Shown: positions 48,028 to 60,005 of the stretch, piece by piece
How the letters are laid out: each line of letters opens with the position of its first letter
Numbering within the stretch: the first letter of the stretch is position 1
Source: Mustelus asterias
Lineage: Eukaryota
Assembly (NCBI RefSeq): GCF_964213995.1
Contig: NC_135810.1
Coordinates: 56,730,001 to 56,794,000 of the forward strand
Reading direction: 5' to 3'
DNA length: 64,000 nucleotides
Notes under the pieces: generated by a model
The model's database searches: none
Told to the model about the DNA's origin: nothing
Seen by the model: only the letters and a program-made list of their open reading frames with translations
Program-made: the position numbers and the translations under genes

Positions 48028-50669
48028 ATTATTTTGTGAGTAGCTTGGAGGGGAACTTGCAGGTGGTGGTGATCCCTTTGTCCTCGATGGAGGTGGTCGT
48101 GGGTTTGGTATCTAAGGATCTTTGGTGAATTGCTACAGTGCATCTTGTAGATAGTACACATGCTGCGACTGAGCGTCGGTGGTGGAGATAGTGGATGTTT
48201 ATGGATGTGGTGTCAATCAAGCAGGCTGCTTTGTCTTGGATGGTGTCGAGCTTCTTGCGTGTTGTTGAAGTTGCGCCCATCCAGGCAAGTGGGGAGTATT
48301 CCATCACACTCCTGACTTGTGCCTTGTGAGTTATTCGCCACAATATTCCTAGCCTCTGACCTGCTCTTGTAGCTACTGTGTTTATGTGGCGAGTCCTGTT
48401 GAGTTTCTGGTCAATGGTAACCCCAAGGATGTTGACAGTAAGGGATTCAATGATGGTAACAACATTGAATGTCAAGGGGCGGTCGTTAGGGTGTCTCTTA
48501 TTGGTGATGGTCATTGCCTGGCATTTATGTGGCATGAATGTTATTTGCCACTTATCAGCCCAAGCCTGGATATTGTCCAGATCTTATTGCATTTGAACAC
48601 GGACTGCTTCAGTATCTGAGGAGTCACGAATGGTGCTAAACATTGTGCAATCATCGGCAGACATCCCCACTTCTGACCTCATGATGGAGGGTAGACCGTT
48701 GATGAAGCAACTGAAGATTGTTGGGCCTAGGACACTACTCTGAGGGTCTCCTCCAGATATCCTGGAGCTGAGATGACTGATCCTCTACAACCACAACCAT
48801 TTTCCTATGTACCAGGTATGACTCCAACCAGCGGAAAGTTAGCTCTCTGATACTCATTGCTTCCAGTTTTGCTGGGGCTCCTTGATGCCATACTCGGTCG
48901 AATGCGGCCTTGATGTCAGGGGTTGTCACTTTAACCTCACCTCTGGAATTTAGCTCTTTTGTCCATGTTTGAACCAAAGCTGTAATGAGGTCAGGAGCTG
49001 AGTGACCCTGGCGAAACCCAAACTGGGCATTGCTGAGCAGGTGCTGCTTGATAGCACTGTTGATGACCCCGTCCATCACTTTACTGATGATCGAGAGTAG
49101 ACTGGGTGGTAATTGGCCGGGTTGAATTTGTCCTGTTTTTCGTGTACAGGACACACCTGGGCAATTTTCCTCATTGTTGGGTAGATGCCAGTATTGTAAC
49201 TGTACTGGAAGAGTTTGGCTAGGGGAGCAGCAAGTTCTGGAGCACAAGTCTTCAGTACTATTGCCAGAATATTATCAGGACCCATTGCCTTTGCAGTATC
49301 CAGTACCTTCAACCATTTCTTGATATCATGTGGAATTAATTGAATTGGATGGGGATTGGCATCTGAAATGCAGGGACCACTGGAGGAGGCTGAGTTGGAT
49401 GATCCACTCGTCACTTCTGGCTGAAGATTGCTGTGAATGCTCCAGCCTTACCTTTTGCATTGATGTGCTGGACTCCTCCAACATTGAGGGTAGGGATAAT
49501 TGTGGAGCCTCCTTGTCCAGTGAGTTGTTTAACTGTCCACCACATTCACCACTGGATGTGGCAGGACTGCAGAGCTTAGATCTGATTCATTGGTTATTGG
49601 ATTGATTGGCTCTATCACTTGCTGTGTTAGCCTGGAAAGAGACAAACTAGCTTTAGCAAAAATATATCTGGATCAGAGGACACTAGAGTTAGAATTCCAG
49701 GATAGGGAAAGAGAGACGAAAGAAAAACAGAGAAAAGAAGGATGGAAAGAAAAGAAGAGATGGAGAGAGGAAAGAAAAAGAGAGAGGCAGGAACAGAAGG
49801 AAGAAGGATAATTTCAATTAAAACATCTTGAACTAAGAGGGACGACTTTCTCTGGACCAGGGAAGATACCAATAGGGAGGGACCTTCCCCAACTCAGGAT
49901 CAGATGCAGAGCTGTTTAAATTTGCCCAATCAATCCCAAAGTTGAGGAGAGGGACATTGAGACATTTTTCATTTCATTTGAGAAAACAACAAAGCAAATG
50001 AAATAGCCTGCATAAAGCTGGAACTACTAATGCAAAGAAGGTTAACAGGCAAAGCGCTGGAGGTTTATGCCATACTTTCTGAGGAGACCTCAGATTTAAT
50101 ATGACAAAGAAGGTTATCCTCAGTGCTTTCACTTAGTAGCTGAAGCTTACAGACAGACATTCTGAAATCTCAAAAAACAACCCAAACAAATTTACATAGT
50201 GTTTAAGAGGGTCAAGAAATTTCCTTTGACCGCTGAATGCAGAATTTAAATGAGAAGCCATCTATGAAAGCCTCAGAGAGGTAATTCTCCTTGAAGAATT
50301 TAAAAACTCACTCCCTACATCTATAAGAACACACATGGAGAACCAAATGGTTTAAAAAATTAGACAAATAGCCAAGGTGGATGGTGATTATGGGCTTGCC
50401 CTAAGCCCTTATCCCAAATGAAATCCTTTTTCCATCACCCCCACAAGCCCAAGAAGGATGGAAGGTGGGAGGATGAAAGGAAGTCAACCAGCCACGACTG
50501 AGAAGGGAAAACTGGGAACACAAGGGGTTCCGCTCAGGCCAAAAAGGAAGATATTGGGAGTAAGAGTGATGCCCAGAAGTCTTTGTGTTCCCATTGGAAG
50601 AAGATAGGACACCTTCACACTGATTGGAAGTGAAAAACAAGCCCATAGGATTTGTTGGGGTAAATCAAG

Positions 50670-51222
50670 AAGTCTCGCAACACTAGGTTAAAGTCCAACA
50701 GGTTTATTTAGAATTACGAGCTTTTGGCCACTCAGCTGATGAAGAAGCAGCGCTCCGAAAGCTCATGATTCCATATAATGTGCACTGTGCGGCACGGTAG
50801 CACAGTGGTTAGCACTGCTGCTTCACAGCTCCAGGGTCCTGGGTTCGATTCCCGGCTCGGGTCACTGTCTGTGTGGAGTTTGCACATTCTCCTCGTGTCT
50901 GCGTGGGTTTCCTCCGGGTGCTCCGGTTTCCTCCCACAGTCCAAAGATGTGCGGATTAGGTTGATTGGCCAGGTTAAAAAAAAAAAATTGCCCCTTAGAG
51001 TCCTGGGATGTGTAGGTTAGAGGGATTAGTGGGTAAAAATATATGTGGGGGTAGGGCCTGGGTGGGATTGTGGTCGGTGCAGACTCGATGGGCCGAATGG
51101 CCTCCTTCTGCACTGTAGGGTTTCTATGATTCTTCTATGATTCTATAAACCTGTTGGACTTTAACCTGGTGTTGTAAGACTTACTGTGCCCACCCCAGTC
51201 CAATGCCGGCACCTCCACATCA
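50670..51222 (+). mobile_element. Miniature Penelope-derived inverted-end element with hammerhead motif, containing a nested HE1 SINE
   Basis: 13-bp TSD GGGGTAAATCAAG (50657-50669, 51223-51235); inverted termini homologous to the 26.8-kb element; CUGAUGA-A-GAAGC(AGC)GCUCC-GAAA-GC-UC at 50736-50764. Confidence 0.8.
50787..51145 (+). mobile_element. HE1 SINE, full length, young
   Basis: Almost identical to 47398-47734, including the internal A-run; TTCTATGA tail repeats. Confidence 0.92.
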
Positions 51223-51548
51223 GGGGTAAATCAAGTGAGTCCAGGAAAAGGGATCCTGACCGAGAGAACAGAAGACAAAGCTATGGCTTGGCCCATGACA
51301 GTAAGTCCTACGAAATACACCGCTGTTGGTGAAGTGAACAAGATCCTTGAAAGTTACCAAGATTTCTTGTCTAAAAATGTGAGACAGGTAAACTCACAGT
51401 CACACTTAGCAGTACAGGGACCACCCTTTTGCTAAAGAAAGACATGACCTTGCTAAAGAGCATAGCTATATCAGACTTAAAGAATGAAAAAGTGTACATA
51501 TTTCTTATTTTTAATTTCTTTTTGTGTAATCATAGAAGGCTTTGTATT

Positions 51549-51856
51549 CATAGAATCATACAGTGCAGAAGGAGGCCATTTTGCTCATTGAGTCTGCACC
51601 GACCACAATCCCACACAGACCCTTTCCCATAACCCCATGTATTTACCATAGCTTGTCCCCCGGTCACTAAAGGCAACTTAGCATGGCCAATCAATCTAAC
51701 TCGCATATCATTGGAGAGTGGTGGGAAACCAGAGTACCCAGAGGAAACCCACGCAGACACACGGAGAATGCGCAAATTCCACACAGACAGTGATCTGAGG
51801 CTGGAATTGAACCTGGATCCGTGGCGTTGTGATGCAACAGTGCTAACCACTGTGTC
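51549..51856 (-). mobile_element. HE1 SINE, older copy
   Basis: Head, V core and CR1-like tail present with more substitutions. Confidence 0.85.
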
Positions 51857-52199
51857 CAATGTTTCATTCTCTGTGAGGTGGAGATGTTTTGAAGATGTGA
51901 TATATAGAATATCAGTTTACAATGTCATCAGCAAAAGATAAAGAACTTTTTTCCAAAACAGGCCCTTTTGCTAAACAAAGGACACTGGTCTACGACAGCT
52001 ACTGTGTTTCATTTGTGAAGAAAACAAGCTTTATGCAGACAGAGGCCGTAATTTTCCACTCTAGAGTCTAATTTTGGTGGCGGGTGTGGAAGTGAGAGTG
52101 TTTTCCACAGGTGGTGGTGGTGAGGTAAGGGCGGGCAGGAAGTTGCCATCCCCACTGTTATCTCATAGGGTTGAAGGTCAAGGTGCCATATTTAAAGAG

Positions 52200-53820
52200 T
52201 ATTCAGACAGCCATTGACTCACCGCAAACCAGCAGCTCTGAATTTTACATTAACCCGAATGTCACAAAGCAAATAATAGTTTGGCGAAGCTTCCCTGAAG
52301 ATTTTCCTCCAGGCCACCCAGGAACGGCAGCTGGAAGCCTTCCTATTTGACCACCATGGCCTGGGCGGTGCTCGCAGCAGAGGTTAATGCCCGTGGGGCT
52401 CACAAAAGAACTGGCCAGCAGTGCAGGAAGAGCTAAACATCAGGGTAAGTGGCACCATCTACTGACTGCAAAGTGATGCTCATAAGGTCATCAAGAAGTG
52501 TAAACATATGAGTACACAGGGTTGTCAGACAGGAATTTTGGTTATAGGAATCATTAGCAGATGGGACACGTGAAATGAATATGTGCCAGATACTTTATGT
52601 TCTCCAATGTTCTATCAGTTGGAGGACAATCTGCTTGTTAATCACTGAGGAGGACTCAGGAGCTGGCAAAGGCATGCATGCTCCTAAATGGCTCATACAC
52701 CCATTAGGATGACACTCAATCCTTCTGCCTTTCTGGGGGACAAGAACTTGCACAACAGGAAGGAGCGGCCAGGACTGAAGGCAGTTTGCTTGACCTCAGA
52801 ATCCTTACCTCTTTTGAAGAGGAGGCTGTTGAGCTAGCAGGAAGGAACAGCTCAGTGCCTGCTCTGAAGTTGGGACAGGGTATCCCCAGCAAGCCAATGA
52901 GAATGCATCCATTCTGCAGTTATCAAGTGCAAAAGACTGAGTGAGACATTCATCCAGGAGCCTGCTTAGGTATCCATTAAATCTTTCTTTACTTCATTCT
53001 TGGGGATCAGGAAAAAAAACAGGAGCCCTATAGCAGAGACCAGCCACAGAACCAGCCCCAACCCCACCTCTGAGGATGCACTATCACACCATTCACCTGC
53101 ACCCTCCACTAGTGCAGGTACTTTAAACTTGCTGGGTGCAGATTCTAGAGTAGGCTTGGGGTCACAATTTGGTGAACACATCACTGACACGGGTCCACTA
53201 CTGGCAGAGGAAGTTACAGCTGAGGTCTCTGACACTCAGAGAACTACTGGAGACTAGGCCCCTGCTTATTAACCCCATGCCCCAGACGATGAGCCTTGGT
53301 ACTCAGCCATGAGAGATGCAGAGATGGCAGGGGGACATCAGGCAGAAATGCCAGAGGTCATGCACAGACTGGACTGAAGTTTAGAGGCATTAGTGTATAG
53401 TCTGTCTGCTGTTGTAGCTCCACCATGTAAGTACTTGGCTGCCTCCATGGAGATCCTAACAGTCTCCTTGGAGACCCAGGTCCAGCACAGTGCACGATGA
53501 CTATGGATTTGCACTCAGATCTGTACTCCATTGCTGTAGCCATGGGTGCAGTGCAGCATGGTTAGGCAAGAGAGGGACGGCTATCTTAACCTCCTTCCAG
53601 ATGCCCCTTATCCTCAAGGAGTCAGAGTTGCCATCGGACAACCACAGGGAGGAGGAGTGCCAGACAAACACCCTGTGGGCCTCAGCCCAGGATAATACAA
53701 TGGTCTCCTGCTGTTCCATCTCCTCTCTGCCAATGACTTTATCTCATCCAACAGGTCAGCCTGAGGAAGGTCTTCCTGCATCTGAGCAGAATTCTGGGGC
53801 CAATGGCCTGAACAGCTAGG
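52200..53820 (+). pseudogene. Harbinger Myb/SANT-like gene remnant (multi-exon)
   Basis: AWAVLAAEVNARGAHKRTGQQCRKS followed by a GTAAGT donor; second block HNRKE...DLRILTSFEEEAVELAG. Confidence 0.75.
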
Positions 53821-53829
53821 CCAGATACA

Positions 53830-55740
53830 GAATTGGACAATCTAAATTAAACAACAGCCAACAACTTGAGCTGCCAGGCCTGATGAGAATTTGGACAGGT
53901 CAAATTTAAACACAGACACAAATCAGAGGCAAGCAAAGGTAGACCTGGACTTGTCCTGGAAGCTGCGACCCGAGATTCTCGACCCTGACCAAATAGGACA
54001 TTGTTTTGTATATTTACCAGTATCTGCCATACTCACCAGCACCTCAGTTACCATATATGGAAAAGGCTACATGCACACTGTGCACCTGAGGATTTCTGAC
54101 ATCTTCCAGATATGGAATCGGCAATCCCATTTAGTGCTATGACCCCAGCTGGCAACTTCATTGGCTGGAAGCCAGAGAACCTTCCAGAAGGGCGTGAAGA
54201 GGGGGATAAAAAGAGGCACCTGGAGGCCATCCTAGCGAAGACTCTACCACCTCGCAAAGATGTGGCAATGACAGAAGAGGGCGTGTGAGACCAACCTTCA
54301 TGAAGAAGACTGAATTCAGAGGCAAGATCATCGGAATCGGCGGAGGTCAGTGAAGATGATGAGTCATACCTGACGGAGCAGCCTGGCCATGTTCAACTAC
54401 ACGAGTAGTATCCGATTCCCAGGTAGATGGTACAGTGGGTGGGATTTTACAGCCTCGCTCGTCCCAAAACCATAAAATCCCATCCGAGGTCAACAGACCT
54501 TTCAATTATCCACCCCTCTTCTACTCTGATTCCTGTGGCAAGCGGGATGGTAAAGTTTCGGCCAGTGTGTTAAAAAGTTCTGTTAAGAGTGGAGTTGTTT
54601 TTTTTAATAGAGTTTTGATGATAAGGTTCTTTAATAAAATTGGGTTCAACCGCGAATTGACTCTTGTCCTTTGTTTTCTTTGGAGTAAGAGCACATGGGT
54701 AAATGAGTTTTAGTATAAACTGATTGAAGTGTCTAACGTTACAGACAGCATTGGCATCCTTGAGTGGACCTTCAATAAGGGACCAAAAGTTGCTCCAAAG
54801 TTGAACCCACCAGCCTTGTATTCTCGGACATCCAGCCAGAGCCTGAATTTAGAGGGCAGTCGCCCCACATGACAGCCAGGATTCAAATGGATGAAGGGGA
54901 TAGAGGCGGCCAAACAGTAATTGCGCCATAAGCCAGGTGTCTGTAAAGTGAGATAAACAAAAAGTAGGATTTGAAGCTAGGCTAGTCAAGGAGGAAGGAT
55001 AAAATCTGCAAGTCAGCCCTGATGGATGCTGGGCATACCAATGGTCCATTGGCTTGGAAGGACTAGGACTGGGAGGGAATTTAGCACAAGCCAGACCCCG
55101 ACCCCGGTTACTTCCCGTTCTCCTTGGATGAACCTGTGAAGGAGATAAAACAGAGTAGAATCATAGCATGTTGCTGAGAATGGGAGGAAGCTTTGCGGAA
55201 ATACTTGAATAAGAAGTGACCCAACTGGGTCAAGTACTGTGCTAAGTCAGTATCGGGTCTGGGATCCTAAGGACAGAAGTGTTGGGAAGAGGTGCACAAA
55301 GAGTTGGGTAAGCGCATTTCCAAATTACGTAAGACTATAGCGATAGCCAGTTGCGTGGAACAATTAAGAGGCAAAGAAGCAGAGAATTTATAGTTCAAGG
55401 AGGAATTAGAGTAAGAGAGGATATAGAGAAAATGAAGACAAAAAGGATAGAACAGGAACAGAGGAGCCAAGCGAACTTGCTGCGCATGGGACAATTCCTA
55501 CCCCAGTGTGATAAAGCACACCAATAGGAACAGTATGCAACCTGGGATTGTGAAGCAGCACAGAAAATTGTGGCCAAGCTTGTGGAGAGTGCAGTAATCT
55601 TCAAGCGATGGTCAACATCCTGCACCAGGCAAGTAAAGAGAATAGGGCCTGTGCTGTAGATCACTTGAAGTGCCAACATGAGATTGATAAACTCAAATAC
55701 GAACTTTCCATTCAAAAAGGGATAACTTATGTCTTGTAGA
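53830..55740 (+). mobile_element. Probable LTR retroelement 5' part (LTR + decayed coiled-coil gag-like ORF)
   Basis: AATAAA near 54633, ...GTTACA then a TGGCATCC PBS-like motif near 54752; decayed frame WEEALRKYLNKK..NWVKYC...DHLKCQHEIDKLKYELSIQKG. Confidence 0.35.
54437..54563. mobile_element. 127-bp Harbinger-type MITE
   Basis: GGGTGGGATTTTAC / GTAAAGTTTCGGCC termini, AGT 3-bp duplication on both sides. Confidence 0.6.
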
Positions 55741-56059
55741 AACTTGTGCTACCTGCTTTCTCCCTTTTCTTTCTCCCTCATTTTTTTTTAGTCATCCTTT
55801 GCTGACTCTTAAAAGTTGACCAATGTCCTGACCACTTGTACATTGTTTCTTTCAATTTGACACTATGCTCTACTTTATTCAGCTATGGATGGTGCATGTC
55901 GTGTGAATTAATTTAGCTATCATAATCAAGGTACATTAGAGCAAAGTATAATGTCTGTTACCAAAAAGTAACTGGAGCTTGTCAGTAGGTAGAGGATAGA
56001 AAACCAAATAGTATAGGAAATGTTTCAGCAACTTATTCTGCTTAGACTCTATTAGGTAT

Positions 56060-56720
56060 CAAATTGTGTCTGCCGAATCATACTTGTAGTGGCCTCTGCA
56101 TATGCCTTCATGACATCCTTGCCCTCATCATCACCATCCTCATCATCAGAGGAGACATCTTGGTCCTCAGTATCTCTCTCTCAGCCAAGACATCCGCACT
56201 TTGTACAGTGAGGTTGTGCAGGCCCAGCAGACAACAATGATCCCAGACACACTCTGTGGTAAGTATTAGAGATTCCTGCTTGAGTGGTCCAAACATCTGA
56301 AGCTTGGGTAGGATTCTCCGGCTGTGCTCACCTCAAAACTGGAGAATCCTGCCCGAGGTCAATGGACCTTTGCATGGTTCCCCCCCCCCCCCCCCCCCCC
56401 GGTCTGCTGCAATTCCTGTGGCAGGTGGGATGGGCGATTCCAGCCCTTATCTTTCAGAGGCCTATCATCTGCTCAATCGTGGACCTTGTGGAGGCATGTG
56501 TGACCTTGTACCACTCCTCAGCAGCACTCTGCAGATGGTGAAGTGGCGTTATCAGCCAGGTCTTCTGGGGGTTTTCCTTGTCCCAATCGCCAAGGATCTT
56601 CAAATATTTGTGGCACCTGGGAGTGGCTCAGAATATCGGCATAAGAGCTCCCTGGGAACCAAGCACAAACATGCAGGAGTTTCCTTCTGTGATCACATTT
56701 GAACATTTGCCATCGATGAA
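56060..56720 (-). pseudogene. Harbinger transposase C-terminal remnant
   Basis: LLHVCAWFPGSSY, GDKENPQKTWLITPL, HASTRSTIEQMIGL*KIR, GLHNL; convergent with the Myb remnant at 52.2 kb. Confidence 0.78.
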
Positions 56721-56729
56721 AATGACTGT

Positions 56730-56950
56730 CTGTTGTCAGGGAGCACCAAGGACCCGGGTTCAATACCAGCCTTGGATTACTGTGTGGAGTTTGCACCTTC
56801 TCCCCGTGTCTGTGTGGGTTACCTCCGGGTGCTCCAGTTAGCTCTCACAGTCCAAAGATGTGCAGGTTAGGTGGATTGACCATGCTAAATTGCTCCTTGG
56901 CGTCCCAAGATGTGTAGGTTAGGGGAATATGTGGTGTTACAGGGATAGAA
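56730..56950 (+). mobile_element. V-SINE, degenerate
   Basis: CCCGGGTTCAATACC...TGTGTGGAGTTTGCACCTTCTCCCCGTG...CAGTCCAAAGATGTGCAGG. Confidence 0.8.
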
Positions 56951-57139
56951 TGAAGTGAGTACCTGTTGCTTTGAGCTTTTGGGACTACACAAAAATGTCA
57001 GCCTCTTGATTGAGACCTGGTGTTGATAGGTCAAGCTGTGTGAAAGCTGGACACGGGAGACAAGGCCAGCAGGAAAGGGACAATTTTCTATGTTCAAATA
57101 GAAAGAAGGGGAAAGAATAAGTTTAAATAAACACCCTAA

Positions 57140-57770
57140 GGGCGATTTTACCATTTTTTGTCTAAGTGCTGGGCGAACTTGAAACTGGGAGCATTTCAGA
57201 TCTTTCTTTTGGGCGTGTTTTCAGGCCCCCCCCTACCCCATACGCACTCTGCCTGCAAAATTCTGAGCGCGCCTGTTGCTTGCTGCAGAAGCCTGTGGGC
57301 AGGGCTTAACGCGCCCGAAATCATGCAGAGGGAGGTAGTATGCATGTGTAGGCCTCTGATGCTGCACATGCAGTACCTGGTGGGCATTGCCCAAGTGCCA
57401 GACTGGCACTGCCCAAGGGGCACTGCCCCTCTTGCCCTCGGCCTTCCTCGGGGGCCTCAATGGCCTCCGGTTCCACCGGCGAGGCTAAATCGACTGCTCC
57501 TCATTCTTAGGGAGCATGTCTATTCCTCGCCGGAAAGAACCTTTCCCGGCAAGGCCATAAAGGGGGGGGGGCAAGCCTGGACAATTGAGCACGGGCTCAC
57601 TAAGCAGATGTTAAGCAGCATTTAAATACCTTAACCTGCCTCTCACCTATTTCTGGCGAGAGGCTGACTGCGCTGTAAAATGGCACCAGTTGCAAAAACC
57701 GGCGTCAATCGCTCTAATCGCTTTACGCCCCACTGTACCACCATGCCATGCCCATTTATGCGATCGCCCC
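57140..57770. mobile_element. Non-autonomous Harbinger-type MITE
   Basis: GGGCGATTTTAC... / ...CGATCGCCCC termini; interior related to the 16142 element. Confidence 0.55.
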
Positions 57771-59007
57771 CAGCATGGTTGATTCATTCTAACTCTAATA
57801 AGGTCCAGTCAGCATCTGTGTGCGATATCTTTTCACCAAAAAGTTATAATCCTTTTTTGTATTTCAAGGTTTTGAATTAACCTGTGTTTTGTATTGCTCA
57901 TTTTCAAATTTGAAAACAGATGATCACAATGGGTGTGATTAAAATTAAATAAACTCTTGGTTAATGTTTAATTAATGAATATTTAATTTTTTACCTAGTT
58001 TGAAAGTAATGCAATTTAAATGCTTTCCTTATTACAACCAGATGCATATCTGCTATTGGCCACATTCCCTCCTTCTCAGATGCCAAAAGACTATTTCATC
58101 AGAAAACATGTGCTTCAACAAAAATCTCTACTGCTGTAGGAAGTTAATAGTTGCGTTAAAATCAAAATGAGGCCATGGGGCATAACAGTGAGTGCACATA
58201 TCCTTATTTGTTTCATCTCAGAAATATCATTGATGGGAAACAACGCACTATCAGCTAATTCCATGGTAACAAATACTTTAATCTGTTATTTGCAATTTCT
58301 TGAGTTTTATGCTCTTTAGTCCTTGGCTTTTTACCAGATGTTATGAAATGTAACTTTCGTAATGCATATTTCAGATTAAGTAGAGATATATGTAAGTTTT
58401 TAACATTTGTTTTGGAGTGCATCCTTACACTCGTTAATAAAAATGTCAGACTAGTCTGCTTTTAAAAATCTCTTATCAAAAGCAGACATTCTTTCCTTTA
58501 TATCGTTCCGTTTCTGATGATTTCCTGCACTTTAGATAAATCATAATTTCTACTAATCTCAGTCTTCTCTTCCATTCTTTTACTGGATGATACTGCTTTT
58601 TTCTTTGATTTAGAGTTAATCTCTTTTTAGTTAAATGTCTTGGCTCAACTGCTAGTACTCTTGCTCCTGATGCAGAAGTTTGGGAGTTTAAGCAGCACTC
58701 TGAGAGTTAGTCCGCAAATCTATGCTGCGATAATGGCTGAATACTGTTTTGTTTGAGAAACTGGCTCCAAACACCCACAATCTTTAGGGTGCTTCTGGGG
58801 TGCCAATAAGGTGACTGCTACAACAATATGATGCTGTAATGTGTGTATTAAAATTTAATACTTGCCGTCTAATATAACACAATAGTTTTAAGTTAACTGT
58901 GTTTGCTTTTATAATTTCAAATTTGCTCGAAAAGTCTTATTATTAAGGTAGCAAATCAAATATTGTGCAGATACCAGTAAGAATTTAAGTATTTCTTTAC
59001 TAAACAG

Positions 59008-59197
59008 GATACCGGAGAAGAAATGCCATGTTCAAATAGTTCTGTAGCAAACTTCAGTCAACCAAGTAGAAACAAAGCTGATTCTAAAGCCAGCAGCCAC
59101 CAAATTACTTCAAGTATTCAAAAGAAAAACATGGATTGCAGCACACCATGTGAGATCCGAAAAAGAACGTCAAAAAAAGAAAAGAATTATATGTGCA
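59008..59197 (+). other. Candidate coding exon of an unidentified plus-strand gene
   Basis: Acceptor TTTCTTTACTAAACAG|G, open frame (DTGEE)MPCSNSSV...KKEKNYMC, donor GCA|GTATGT, set in unique AT-rich DNA. Confidence 0.35.
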
Positions 59198-59246
59198 GTA
59201 TGTAATATTCTATATACAATGTGTGGATACACAGTAATAGCAAAAA

Positions 59247-60005
59247 TAAAAGCAAAATACTGTAGATGCTGGAATCTGAAACAAAAACAGAAAATGCTGG
59301 AAACTTTCAGCAGGTCTGACAGCATCTGTGGGAAGAGAATAGAGCCAACATTTCGAGTCTAGATGACCCTTCGTCAGAGCTGAGAGCAAAGAGAATCAGA
59401 GATTTATACTATGAGAGTGGTGGAGGGGGGGTGTGGAATGGGACAAAGGAAATGTAAATGAGGATGCAGAAGGCTGAGAAGGTGCTAAAATTGTCCATTG
59501 AGTGATCAGAATGTGTGAATGGCAGAACAGAGATACAGATTGTTAAAGAACTGCCTGAGGAATGTGGCAGTTGCCCTGAAAGGGAGGGGGTGGGGGGGGG
59601 GGGGGCAAGAAGGAGAGCTGGAATGGAGAAGTGGACAAATGGAAGGGAGAAAGAAGGATGATAAAATGGATGAATGAGATGAAACAAAATAAAATAAAAT
59701 AAATGGAAGTGGGGTGAAAGTGGAGAGAGTTCATGCTCTGAAGTTGTTGAACTCGATGTTCAGTCCAGAAGGCTGTAAAGTGCCCAATCAAGAGATGAGG
59801 TGCTGTTCCTCCAGTTTGCGTTGGGGTTCGCGAGAACATTGCAAAAGGCCAAGGATGGACACATGGGCAGGAGAGCAGGGTGGTATGTTGAAGTCGCAAA
59901 CGACAGGAAGGTCTGGGTCCTGCTTGCGGATGGACCGACGGTGTTCATCAAAGCAGTCACCCAGTCTGCATTTGGTCTTTCCAATGTAGAGTAGGCCGAG
60001 TAGAG
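59247..60005 (-). mobile_element. Penelope-like element 3' part (GIY-YIG + terminal repeat)
   Basis: GLLYIGKTKCRLGDCFDEHRRS...HVSILGLLQC...RKLEEQHLIS..G.LQPSGLN; terminal motif as at 3695 and 43352. Confidence 0.85.
59344..59380 (-). ncRNA. Minimal hammerhead ribozyme motif
   Basis: GCU-CUGACGA-A-GGGUC(AUCUA)GACUC-GAAA-UG-UU-GGC. Confidence 0.55.

Larger units (their letters stand above)
45470..49625 (-). mobile_element. CR1-group (Zenon/L2-like) LINE, segments 45470-45678 and 48036-49625, split by a CR1 insertion
   Basis: AMGPDNILAIVLKTCAPELAAPL, QFGFRQGHSAPDL, DIKAAFDRVWHQG, KAQVRSVMEYSPLAW; 3' end at 45470-45540. Confidence 0.88.
49625..51500 (+). mobile_element. Gypsy-type gag remnant (SCAN-like), degraded
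   Basis: E/R/K-rich coil followed by IPK..ERDIETFFISFEK...LTGKALEVYA...LREVILLEEFKNSLP. Confidence 0.6.

Noticed and set aside
56380-56400. 21-nt poly-C run (G-quadruplex potential); G-runs at ~6155 and ~59585
   Set aside because: Simple homopolymer expansions inside decayed repeats
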